Assembly (NCBI GenBank): GCA_963788655.1
Contig: CAWBHS010000019.1
Location: 1 to 54,238, forward strand
Reading direction: 5' to 3'
Source: an uncultured Verrucomicrobiae bacterium
GTDB lineage: Bacteria > Verrucomicrobiota > Verrucomicrobiia > Limisphaerales > JAFGQR01
DNA length: 54,238 nucleotides
Each line of letters begins with the position of its first letter. Positions within the stretch are counted from its first letter, which is position 1. The notes under the pieces were generated by a model. The model made no database searches. It saw only the letters and a program-made list of their open reading frames with translations, and was not told the DNA's origin. A program made the position numbers and the translations under genes. Below are positions 1-10,214 of the stretch, piece after piece.

Positions 1-73
1 GCGGACGGGTGGATTGCCATCGGCGCCCCACCGCTTTGATCCCCGCATCCCGCGGTTGTTTTGGTTCGTCCAT
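1..73 (-). CDS. Possible 5' end of a gene running off the window edge (MDEPKQPRDAGIKAVGADGNPPVR...)
   Basis: ATG at 73 with an open frame to position 1, divergent from the ORF at 258. Too short to identify. Confidence 0.3.
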   Translation of the reverse strand, partial: MDEPKQPRDAGIKAVGRRWQSTRP

Positions 74-257
74 GGGATAAATCCCAACCCCTCAAAAATC
101 GATAAATCACCAACCCACTTTAGCAACCGGTCCCGCGGAGGGATATGGGGTGTTTACCCCATAGACGAATTTCCCGCCGTTGGCCTAACGTCACGCCCGC
201 ACGCTGAACCAATGCAGAATCTGGAATGCGAAAACGCTGCCGCAAGGACTTCACGCA

Positions 258-656
258 ATGAGCAAAAAGATCGATTCCCTCTGGCCAACTCCGACCGCCC
301 ACTCTGCGCCAAAGATTAAAACGATTGGCCTCCACCTGGCCAGCACCGACCGCAACCTGCCGTGGAAGATCAAGGCTGCCTTTGACTTCGCGAAAAGCGC
401 GGGTCAGGAACTGGATCTCACGTTCAGCTTCCGGCCGGCGGGACGAAGCACTCCCAAGCAACGGTCGGCTCAAGAACAAGAAATTCTGGTCTCCTCCCCC
501 ACATCGCTGGCTGCTTTGAACCGGCCGTTGACTTTACTGACAGACGCCAACCCCTGGTGCCCTCTCCTCCGCATTTGCGGAGGGGAGGGGTTCAATTGGT
601 GCCGGCAATGTTACATTTCCGTCGGCCGTGAACCCAAAGCGTCCCCATCGATTTGA
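258..656 (+). CDS. Hypothetical protein, 132 aa
   Basis: AAGGA SD-like element upstream of the ATG and GC3-rich codons. No family recognised. Confidence 0.45.
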   Translation: MSKKIDSLWPTPTAHSAPKIKTIGLHLASTDRNLPWKIKAAFDFAKSAGQELDLTFSFRPAGRSTPKQRSAQEQEILVSSPTSLAALNRPLTLLTDANPWCPLLRICGGEGFNWCRQCYISVGREPKASPSI

Positions 657-658
657 TT

Positions 659-808
659 ATGAATGCTGCCAAACTTTCCCTGACCCCGCTGGGCCGCGCG
701 TTGTTGCACGCCTTGTGCCTGTGCCGCCGCCCCGCCGCCGCCGGCTTCTATCTCCGGGGCCTCACGCGCAGTTTGCGCGAATGGAGCCGCCACGGCACCC
801 CTCGATGA
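659..808 (+). CDS. Small hypothetical protein, 49 aa (MNAAKLSLTPLGRALLHALCLCRRPAAAGFYLRGLTRSLREWSRHGTPR)
   Basis: Read by hand and below the ORF-track cutoff. It starts 2 nt after the stop of 258..656 and has GC3-rich codons. Confidence 0.35.
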   Translation: MNAAKLSLTPLGRALLHALCLCRRPAAAGFYLRGLTRSLREWSRHGTPR

Positions 809-1401
809 TCGGGACGAATGGTCGCTTCCCGCGGCCAGATGCGCCGCCGCGTGCAGGGAGTTTGAACGGGGAAATACCAAGCGCGGGAAGGAACAAACGC
901 GCGGACACCCGTTGTTCGAGGATGGCAGCAGGGATTCATTACCCGGCCAGCGCGGGGCCAGCGCGGGAACGGTCTGCGACAGGTGGCTACCGGCTACATT
1001 GGGAAATTGCATGTTCTGAGCAAGGTAGGATTATACCCCATTGCACGCACCCAGCCCAGGGCGTAGTGTTGGCATCGTTCGAAAAGGCAAACGATAAACG
1101 CCGGCAATGCAAACATCCCATGAACGCGAAGCCCAGTTCGCACGAAGGACAATATGCAGTCCAAGATCCGCCGTTAGCCAAAAAGGTCGGTTGGCAGATT
1201 GGCAGCGCGGGAGGTTTCAACGGGAGCGTGACCTTGAAGGCACCGTCCTGTTCCGGTTTCATCGGGTTGTCGCTCAGCGGGTCCATCCATGACTATCTCT
1301 TGAAACCGCACTCCACTTTGGGCTCCAGAACTCAATCCATCCGCAACAACGGCTGTTTTCCGCAGCGTTACTTCCACGTCCCGATAATATCCCAAACCAT
1401 C

Positions 1402-4400
1402 ATGAAAACATCTGCTCTGATTCCCCTCCTCCTGGCTCTGGCGGGGTTCGTCGGCATCGTCCCATCCACCCATTCCCAAGTCATCCTCAAATCCCAACAC
1501 CATCAGCGGCACGGTCCGCTTCAGCAATGTCAATCCGGACATTCTCAACCTGCTCGAATCCGCCGGGCGACGAAGGCATGGACTCGGTCTATGTGGTCGC
1601 CTACAGCCAACCGCCGGCGCCGTCCTTCAACGCCGCCGGACGATGTTCCAACCACGTCCCGCACCAGCACGACGTTTGAAGTGGTCGTGGATTCCAGCGA
1701 GGCGGGCCATTGCTTACTCGGTGGTGCCGCGCATCACCATGGCCAACGTGCCGGAGCAGTATTATTCGATGCGCGTATGTCGGAGCCTGTCTTCGCCGGT
1801 GGACCGCCGGTGACGGTGGATTTCGCGGAATGCGTGGGCGTGTTGACCGTTCATTTCGTGGATGCCAGCGGTGATCCGGTGGCCGTGGATGGCGGCTTGA
1901 TCCACAACGACAGCTATACGTATCGACCTTAACTCCATTCCGGCTGGCGCCACCGAAGCGCGCGTCTATTTGCCCGGCGGCACGTCCGAGGACCTCAACC
2001 TCACCGGGTATCGCGGCACGGACTTCTACACCGACCGGCTCACCTTTTTCCTGCGCACCAACATCACCGTCGCGTGCGACGAACTGGCGACGGTGGACAT
2101 GGTGATTCCTGATACCGGCGACCTGGGGCAGATCACCGGCGAAGTCGATTTGCTGGGGGAGTTTGAACTCACCGTGGATGGCCGCGACGATCTCAATTTC
2201 CCCGATTCGACCGCGGTGATCGCCAATTATGGGCCGTTTGGCAATCAGCGTTGGGCTGCGGGACCCGGACTGGATTTCAGGCTTCCGTCCAGCGGCGGTT
2301 ACCTGTTGCCGAATGTCGCGCCGTCCACGCTGGATCCGGCATCGCCAGGCTATGCCCTGTATGCGCAGATGTACATCCGAAGTGGCCGCCAGATTCAGTC
2401 GTTTCGTTCGCCGGCACTGGGCTCGGGCGCCAATCCGGCGGTAACCGTGCTGCCGGGGGAGAGCGTGGACCTGGGTAACTTGTTGGTCATTGATCCGGGT
2501 TACCTCGACGGGCAGATCGTTTTACAAGGACCAAATGAAAGTCCCGGTCACGATTCGCTGTTGCGCGGGTTGCTGCACGCCAGCGACGATGATCTGGACA
2601 TGGACGGTGTGCCGGACAGTCTCGGCACGTACGGCGTGTATTGGAGCAGCGTCAGCGCGGACGGGGTGGATCAATTGGCTGCCGGCGCGACTCACACCGC
2701 GGCCTTTGGAACGCCAACGCGGATTTTTCCCTGTCATTCAATCCCGACAGCCTCGCCTTCGAGGGCAATTATGAGTTGGCCCTGGGCGGGCTGAAACAGC
2801 GAACCCAGTCTCTGGCTGCCCCGGACCCTTAGCCTGTCATTGTCCTCGCCACCCGAGGCTCCGGACAGCAATTATTTCTATAATGTCTTCTCCGTAACCG
2901 ACCAACGGGACATCACGATGGAAATCACCCCGGGCCAGGCAGCCACGCACGACATCGGTTATTGCTTCAGCGAGGTGACGTTGGTGTTCCGTTCCTCCGG
3001 TACGCCGTTCTTCAGTCCGCAGGTGCGTTTCAGTGAGGGGCCATTTCGGGGTCGGATTTTCAAGGCAATGCCGCCGATTACACCGTCTATATTGACGCGG
3101 ATTTCGGCATGCCCAACACGGCGGAAACCGCCGCTACCGTGGGGCAAGTGATCCTGGCCTGCCGCAAGGCTCCTACCATTTGCTCCCCTTTGTGACACCG
3201 GCGGATTCCGGTTATGCGTTGACGGGATTGCAACCGATCGACCTTACGGTCGGCTGCGGCGAGCGGATCGTGCTCGAGCAATGTCTGCAAGTGCAACTCG
3301 CCGTGCCACCCTGCGCGGTGCCCGGACCCACCCAATTGACCGGCACGGTCCGCAGTTGCACCAACGCGGTCACGTTAATCACCTACGAATTAAACGGCTC
3401 CGAGCCGATCATTGTGTGCAGGAATCGCCCGGAACCGGCCTTCGTCTTCGACCTGACCTTGGATCCCGGTCCCAACGCCCTGACCGTGACCGCGTACAAT
3501 GACCAGGCGGAAGCAGCTCCGTGACCACCACGCTTGCCACCGATACTCTGCCGCCCGTCATTCAGTGTCCGGAGGACATCGGCGTTGAAGCCACGCGACC
3601 TTGTGGGGCCATCGTGAGTTCACCGTAACCGCCACAGACAATTGCGACTTGGCTCCGATCCTTGTTTCACGCCACGTTCCGGCAGTCTATTCGCCCCCGG
3701 CGACACTGTCGTGAACTGCACGGCGACCGATGCGGCAGGCAATGTCGCCGAATGCGTTTTCAATGTGAACGTAACTGGTGGACCCGAGTTTCTGCCGCCA
3801 ACCATCAGTGGCGTTTCACCCCAACTGATCGGGGATTCCGGCGGCGCCCAACTCACTATCAGCGGCGCCGATTTCACCGTGGATGACGAAGTATTGCTGA
3901 ACGGCGTGCCGCTGCTGTATCCCGTGTTGGTCAGCGCGGAAGAAATCCAGGGCCAGTCGCCGCCGCTCCCGGCCGGCGCCTATGAACTGCAAGTCCGCCG
4001 TTGTGGCGAGATCGTGGCGAGTCTCCCCGATGCGTGTGTGAGCGGAACGTTGCCACGGATCCTCTCCGTTGATCTACCCCAAGCTTTTGCCGCGGGTGGG
4101 AACTATGTGACCGTTCTGGGTCGAACTTCATCGCCACCACGCAGGTCCGCATCGGCTTCGCCGGATCCAATCTGCTTCAGAATATTACGGTGTCCGAGGA
4201 CGGCACCACCCTCATCGGTCAGGTGCCGGCGTTGCCCAACACCAAGGCGCTGGGACCGCGCGATGTCATCGTCGAGGATCAGCGGGGCAGCGATATTTGC
4301 CCGCGGGATTGACCTATTTGCCAAATCCATTCGAAACCGACCCCCAGGTCCTTGGCCTGCGCGCTGCAAACGGCTTCGACGGACCCGGTGGATTTGTATT

Positions 4401-7174
4401 GGCGTAATGGATTTCCGGGAGGAATGACTGCTCGCGTCAACGTCACGGGAGCAACACCCGAAGCGCGGGCGCGCTCGTTTGTTCGCAGTTTCGAAGATCT
4501 CTTGCGGGTGGAGAATCCGGATGCTGAGTTGGCGACGAAGCGAGTCCATTCCGAAGGACTCGACGATGTCTGGCTGGCTCAGACCTATGGCAGGTCCCCG
4601 TGTCGGCTCGGAAATCGTCGTCACCCTGGATGGCAATGCGGTCGTCTGCCTGACCGGCAACCTCCTGCCCTCCGCGGCGCTCGATGCCCTGGGATTCGAT
4701 CCCACCCCCGCCCTGAGCTCGGACGAGGCGGTGGAATTGGCCAAGGCGGATCAGAACCTTCAGCAACCCACCGCGGACCTGGCGGCGACGACTGAACTCA
4801 TGGCTACGACCAGCGTCTATTCATCGAAGCGCCGCTTGATCCCCATCTGGTTTGGAAAGTGGTGATGCGATTTTCCGACCTTGTCCACCTGGTGGACGCG
4901 CATACCGGCAGATCGTGGCCCAGTTGGCCCAGGCGCCCTCGCACGAGTTCGACCTGGACATTCAGGACGCCGAGCACGAAGCCAACGCCAACGACGACTG
5001 GTGTTTCAACTTGAGCAGCGACACAGACGTGGCGGATGAGGACGATTTCAATTCCGACTACAACGGCGACCTGGACGCTGTGCTGGCCAACCGTTTCGCC
5101 ATCGATTGCTGGCACTACTTCGACCACCATTTCGGCTGGGGCTCCTACGACAACGACGACTCGCAACTCGAGATTTTCATTCACACTACCATCGCTCCGG
5201 CGGTCGTGGCGCAGTCGAGCAAGCAGTGTGATCTAATCCAGTTCGCCGATGGCGCCGTGGATTACGATATTCTGGTGCATGAATTCACCCACGGCATCAT
5301 CCGAGCACCAGCGGCCTCCAATACCAGTTCCAGTCCGGCGCGCTCGATGAGAGCTACGCGGACACCATGGGCGTCATCGCCGACCGCGAACGGGGCGAAG
5401 TCGAAGGTGGCCAGCCGATCAACTGGATGATTGGCGAGGGCCGCCGGGCTCCGCAGCCGACGTTTCTGGTCCGCAATTACGATTTCCCCGGCGCTCCCCG
5501 CCCGGGTGGGCGTGGGGGGCAGCCGACCACATCGCAGCCTCTGCTGCATGGCCGTGGGCAGCCCAAACCAGGGTAATGATTTCGGGGGCGTTCATTCCAA
5601 CAGCGGCATTCCCAATCGCGGCGGGTATTTGATGAGCGAAGGCGGCGCGACCAATGGCTTCCTGGTTCGCGGCATGGGCATGGACAAAGTCCGGCTTATG
5701 AAATTTGCGGCCATGCGGAATCTGCCGTCGAACGCCGTCTTCACCGATGCGCGCGCGCGCGAAATCGCTGCCGCGCAATGGTTCAAGGATAACGCCCAGG
5801 GCGGCTTCGTGATCGAGGACCTCTGCACGGTGCGCGACGGCTGGGCGGCGGTCGGCGTGGGTCTCGGCGATTCCAACTGCGACGGGGTGGAGGACAACCG
5901 CCAGGACATTGATAACGATCTCATCGCCAATCGGGTGGACAATTGTCCCTCCAAGGCGAACCCGGACCAGAAGGACAGCGACGGCGATGGCCGCGGCGAT
6001 GCCTGCGATAACTGCCCGTTGATGCCGAATCCCGGCCAGGAAGACCTGGACGGCGACGGCCAAGGCGACGTGTGCGACGCCGATCGTGACGGCGATGGCT
6101 GTCTGAACGCGGTGGATCAAATCCGGACCAATCAACAGATCATCGGGAGTTTCCTCGGGCCTTGTGCAATCCCCAAAGCGGGCCCATTTTCGGTTTTGCG
6201 GGGAACGATACCGACCATGACGGTATTCTGGATTGTCAGGACGAGGATGATGACGCGACGGAATCCCCGATGCTATCGACGCCTGCCCAGTGGGTGCGCT
6301 GGCCGGCGCCACTCTAGGCCCATGCACGGTGCTCAGAGATTGCCCGCTGGTTCCCAATGATTGGTGGCGCACCTGCCTGGGCGGTGGCTGCGTCGAGTTA
6401 TACTCCCGATTTGTGAACGTCATTAATCCCGACCCCACCCGGACGGTGATCATTGACACCGTCTCCATCGTGAACCAGACCTGTACCTAGCCCAACACCG
6501 GCACCTCTGTGGCCGGTCTCGCCCAGCGAATTGCGCAGGTCGGTCAGCTTGCCGCGGTCGGCCGCGCGGCGCTCAACTCCGAACCGGGCCGCGTGCGCAT
6601 CGAGCTTTGGGCGCGGGCAACCGACACCACGCCGGCTCATCTGGTCGCCATTGTGGGCGAATACGATCCGGCACTTCTGGAGCTGGGCCAGGTGGATTCC
6701 GGCCGCTTGCTGGCGCTGACTCCCGGTGGCGACGGCGTCCCGCCCACCCTGGGCGCAACTTGGCAGCCCGGCACGGACCCGGCCACGGCCAGTCAGGACA
6801 ACGATAGTGATGGCATGGTGGATGGCTGGGAAATTCAGCACGGCCTCAACCCCCGAAATCCGGACGACGCGCTCCTCGATTCCGATGGCGATGGCGTGAA
6901 CAATCTGGGCGAATTCCAGGACGGCACCGATCCGAATGATCCCGCGAGTGTGTTCCGCATTCTGCGCATCGCGCGGATGGCCGGCGCCGTGCGGATTGAA
7001 TTCGTGGCCACCCCGGCTCGCCGCTTCCAACTGGAACGGAGTGCCGGGTTGGGGCAATCCGAATGGACGCCAATTGCCGAGTTGTCCGGCCGCGGCGGCA
7101 TCGAGTCGCTGACGGATACCGGTCCTGCGGCTGAGAGCCAGGCGTTCTACCGGCTGAGTTCCATGCCGGACTAA
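1402..7174 (+). CDS. Large secreted multi-domain M4 (thermolysin-like) metalloprotease: signal peptide, beta-rich N-terminal region, HYR, IPT/TIG, FTP/PepSY-like propeptide, M4 catalytic domain, thrombospondin type-3 Ca-binding repeats and a C-terminal Verrucomicrobia-type domain. Split by many frameshifts.
   Basis: Signal peptide [28 protein letters not shown]-like [33 protein letters not shown] zinc motif at 5278-5292, followed in a shifted frame by [10 protein letters not shown] (third ligand) and then [15 protein letters not shown]...[17 protein letters not shown] repeats. The coding fragments are collinear on the + strand. Confidence 0.8.
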
Positions 7175-7404
7175 AGATTCGGTCTTCACCGGTCAACGGT
7201 TGAGTTATGAATAAATGCGGATTTCTCGTCCTGCTGGGCTGCGTTCGGTCGCAGCCGGCTTGCGGCTGGATTCCTGGCTCATGACCGACAATCTCGCCAC
7301 GGTGCGGGAATCAGAAATTGATTCCGTCCTTGGCCGGTTGCCGGACACAGCAGCGGACGCTGCGCTCAAACACACGTTTGCACTTCCATGAGCAACGTTT
7401 GTTT

Positions 7405-9047
7405 GCCTCGTCAGCAGAATCTGTGGGTAGTTTCCGGCTCTGGGAGCCGGCCTAACGTGTGATACAAGGCTATTTCCATCGCGTCGTAGGTGCGAAATCC
7501 GTAGGATCTTCTGGTCACCACTCGGATTTTATTGTTCAGACCCTCGACCGGGCCGGACGAGAGTTCCCCTTTGGCGCGGAACCAGTTCAAGAGCAGCTCT
7601 TGGTGGTTGCGCAGCATCCTGGCCACTTTGGCCATCGGTTCAAGGCGGCTGCGCAGAGCTCGTTCAGTCCAGACGTCCAGAAAAGCCCTGGCCCAAGTGA
7701 CAGAGCGATAGCGCCAGAACGGCTCGAAGGTTTCCTTGAGCATCCAGGCTCGCCCAGTGGCCAGTTTACTGCGCAGCAGTCCCCAAAGCTTTTGCTTGGC
7801 CCGGCCGCGGACCCGATTTCCCCGGCGCAGCAACTTCCACCGCATGTGCTTGAGCTTTTTGGCCGCGGGACGTCCCCGCAGCCGACCACTCTCGGCTCGG
7901 CGCACTTGGTCGACGGCTTGATTCAAATGCATCGTGATGTGGAAACGGTCCAACACGTGCAAGGCGTGCGGGATCTTGGCCCCAATCACATTCAGGTAGG
8001 CCCGCCACATGTCACTGCAGACAAAGCGCACGCCGCTGAGCACCGTCGGCCCCAACGCCTCAAAGCCCCGGCGCAGCGTGGCCTGCGTGCGTCGGCGCCC
8101 CACCCACAACAGCCGCCGACAGTGCTGGTCGATCTGGTAGATGACGGTCAGGAATTGCTCCGCCCGCTTGCCTTGGCCCCAATGGATCTCGTCGACGCCA
8201 AGGGATTGGACCCCTTCAATCTGACGGTGGGCCAACCCCCACTCCACGAACCACTCGACCGAACGATAGACCGCTTCCCAACTGGTCTGAAACGCCAGGG
8301 CGGTCTGTCGCCAGGACAAGTGCCGCGCCCATCGCGCCAAGAATCCCATCATCGCCGTGGTGATCGGTCTCTTGCCCCGGCTCCACGGCATGTGCTCGAC
8401 GATGACCCCATGCGTGGGACACTCCACCCGCCGCGGCGCATAGAGGAATTCGGTTTTAATGCCCCACAGCGGCACAAAGAGCCAGGTTCGTTCCGGCAGT
8501 CGGTCGTAACCTGGCGCCGGCTCTCGGCACTTCGAGCACCGGCCGCACCGCCCTTGATGCGCCTCCAGGGTAATCTCAACGCGCAGCTTGTCGCGCTCGC
8601 ACAGGAGCCGGACCTCCTTGTAAACGAACCCCGCAAAACGTTGTATCCGGTTCAGGATGGTTTTAACTTCGAGTTGAATAGCTGGTCTCCGGGTCGATGG
8701 TTTGTTTTGTTTGCAAGCTGCAAACTAATCGGCGCACAAGGGGATCAGCTATTCTTTTTTGCCACGCACGTCCGCCCCGTAGTCTCAGCGGCTGGTCTCG
8801 ACCACCAGCGCCAGGTTGAGGGGAGGGTCGCCGACTGGGATAGGCGCCGATCGGAGCCGGTCTTGCGCATCCCAAGCGCGGCTCAGATCGTGCGCAAAGG
8901 GACCCAGTCGGCGGGCCTCCCCTCAACCGGTCGAGCCTCCCACACGCTTCGTTTGTCCCGCCAGCAGATCGCTCACTCCGGCCACGCACCTTTTTCCTTT
9001 TTCACAGCCGCTGTTTCAAATCCACCCACAAATTTTGCTACAGAGCT
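7405..9047 (-). mobile_element. ISL3-family insertion sequence, about 1.64 kb
   Basis: Imperfect terminal inverted repeats: GCCTCGTCAGCAGAATCTGTGGGTAG from 7405, and on the minus strand AGCTCTGTAGCAAAATTTGTGGGTGG from 9047. The transposase stop lies within the IR. No clear target-site duplication. Confidence 0.85.
7411..8679 (-). CDS. ISL3-family DDE transposase, about 422 aa, probable ATT start
   Basis: Motifs GVDEIHW, VCSDMW, LDRFHI, SSGPVEGLNNKI and THRFC. The frame stays open upstream of the track start (8475) through a CSKC...CPTH zinc finger to IQLEVKTILNRIQ, preceded by GGAG. Confidence 0.9.
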   Translation of the reverse strand: MQLEVKTILNRIQRFAGFVYKEVRLLCERDKLRVEITLEAHQGRCGRCSKCREPAPGYDRLPERTWLFVPLWGIKTEFLYAPRRVECPTHGVIVEHMPWSRGKRPITTAMMGFLARWARHLSWRQTALAFQTSWEAVYRSVEWFVEWGLAHRQIEGVQSLGVDEIHWGQGKRAEQFLTVIYQIDQHCRRLLWVGRRRTQATLRRGFEALGPTVLSGVRFVCSDMWRAYLNVIGAKIPHALHVLDRFHITMHLNQAVDQVRRAESGRLRGRPAAKKLKHMRWKLLRRGNRVRGRAKQKLWGLLRSKLATGRAWMLKETFEPFWRYRSVTWARAFLDVWTERALRSRLEPMAKVARMLRNHQELLLNWFRAKGELSSGPVEGLNNKIRVVTRRSYGFRTYDAMEIALYHTLGRLPEPETTHRFC

Positions 9048-9312
9048 GAAAAGTTAAAGGCCGTCCTGGCCAGGCACGGTCTTGAGTCAGCCATGCCACC
9101 AACCGGTTAAGCCATGCCCCACGCCTCCACCGAAGACCAGCTTGTCGAGCCGCCCGCCATCGGGTTGTTCGCGGTGCTGGGTCGGCAAGTGGCTGCAACC
9201 TGATGAAACTTCATGAGTGGACTTTGACTGAGTAACAATACCAGCCAAACACCGGCAAGCCGGTTGACCGCCGGGAATTCCAGACCCATCGCGAAGATCT
9301 GGGATGGTTTCG

Positions 9313-9939
9313 CTAGCGCTGATCCTTCTTACCTGGTTTCATGAATCGATGGACGAGGAAATAATACATGGCGCCCAGCACCGCCAGAATGCCAATCAGC
9401 CATAAGCTGATGCGGTGCAATTCGCCTTGCATCAGGCGCTCGTCCTGGCCCATTTTCACTCCGAGCCAGCAGAGCACCGCCGTCCACAGCGCCGAGCCAA
9501 TGAGGGTGTAAAGCGAATAGACTTTGAAGTCCAGCCGCACGATGCCGGCGGGAATCCCGATCAAGTGCCGCACGACCGGCAACAAACGGGCGGCAAAAAT
9601 CCCAAAGGCCCCAAACCGCGCCGCCCATTGTTCGGCGCCCGCGACTTTTGCAGGCGAGATGAAAAAGTATTTGCCATACCGCAGCACGAACGGCCGCCCC
9701 GCCAACCGTGACACCCAATACATGACCGCAGCCCCCGCCCAAGAACCGGCCGTGCCGGCCAGCACGATGCCCCATATACTAAACCGTCCTTCCGCGTAAG
9801 CCAGATGCGCCGCCGGCGGGATCACCAGTTCGCTAGGCAAGGGCACGATGGAACTTTCGATGGCCATGAGCAACGCAATCAGCGGATACCCGCCCGTGTC
9901 CAGCGCTGCCAGATACCAATCAATCAAGGGCTTAAACAT
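9313..9939 (-). CDS. dedA: DedA family membrane protein
   Basis: Motifs LMAIESSIVPLPSELVIPPA, YGKYFFI and ARLLPVVRHLIGIPAG. Start placed at MFKPLIDW. Confidence 0.9.
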   Translation of the reverse strand: MFKPLIDWYLAALDTGGYPLIALLMAIESSIVPLPSELVIPPAAHLAYAEGRFSIWGIVLAGTAGSWAGAAVMYWVSRLAGRPFVLRYGKYFFISPAKVAGAEQWAARFGAFGIFAARLLPVVRHLIGIPAGIVRLDFKVYSLYTLIGSALWTAVLCWLGVKMGQDERLMQGELHRISLWLIGILAVLGAMYYFLVHRFMKPGKKDQR

Positions 9940-10214
9940 TCGGGCGCTGGTTATAAAGAAATCCCGGTCAGGCGCAAGCCTGGGAATTATCCGGATCGGA
10001 TGCTGATAGGGGAGTTTGTGGTCGCCGACATTGCTGGTCCGGTACCGTTGTGACTGCTGATTTCCAGGGCGACGCGATTTAAAGGAAACCACCAAGCTGT
10101 TCGTGGCTGTTTTTTGCGGTTGCTGTATGGGTGGCTGCTTGTGTTGGCAGCGTCATTATTGGTATATCTTTCTTGGTTTAACATGAGAACGTCGCTGAAA
10201 ATGGAACTGGAACC

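Noticed and set aside
628..1401. N-terminal part of the 434-aa ORF
   Set aside because: Not protein-like. The real start is the signal peptide ATG at 1402.
7208..7390. Short hydrophobic ORF next to the IS (MNKCGFLVLLGCV...)
   Set aside because: Too short and frame-ambiguous to support. It could be a remnant.
7459..9057. 532-aa + strand ORF over the IS
   Set aside because: Antisense shadow of the transposase with no recognisable motifs.
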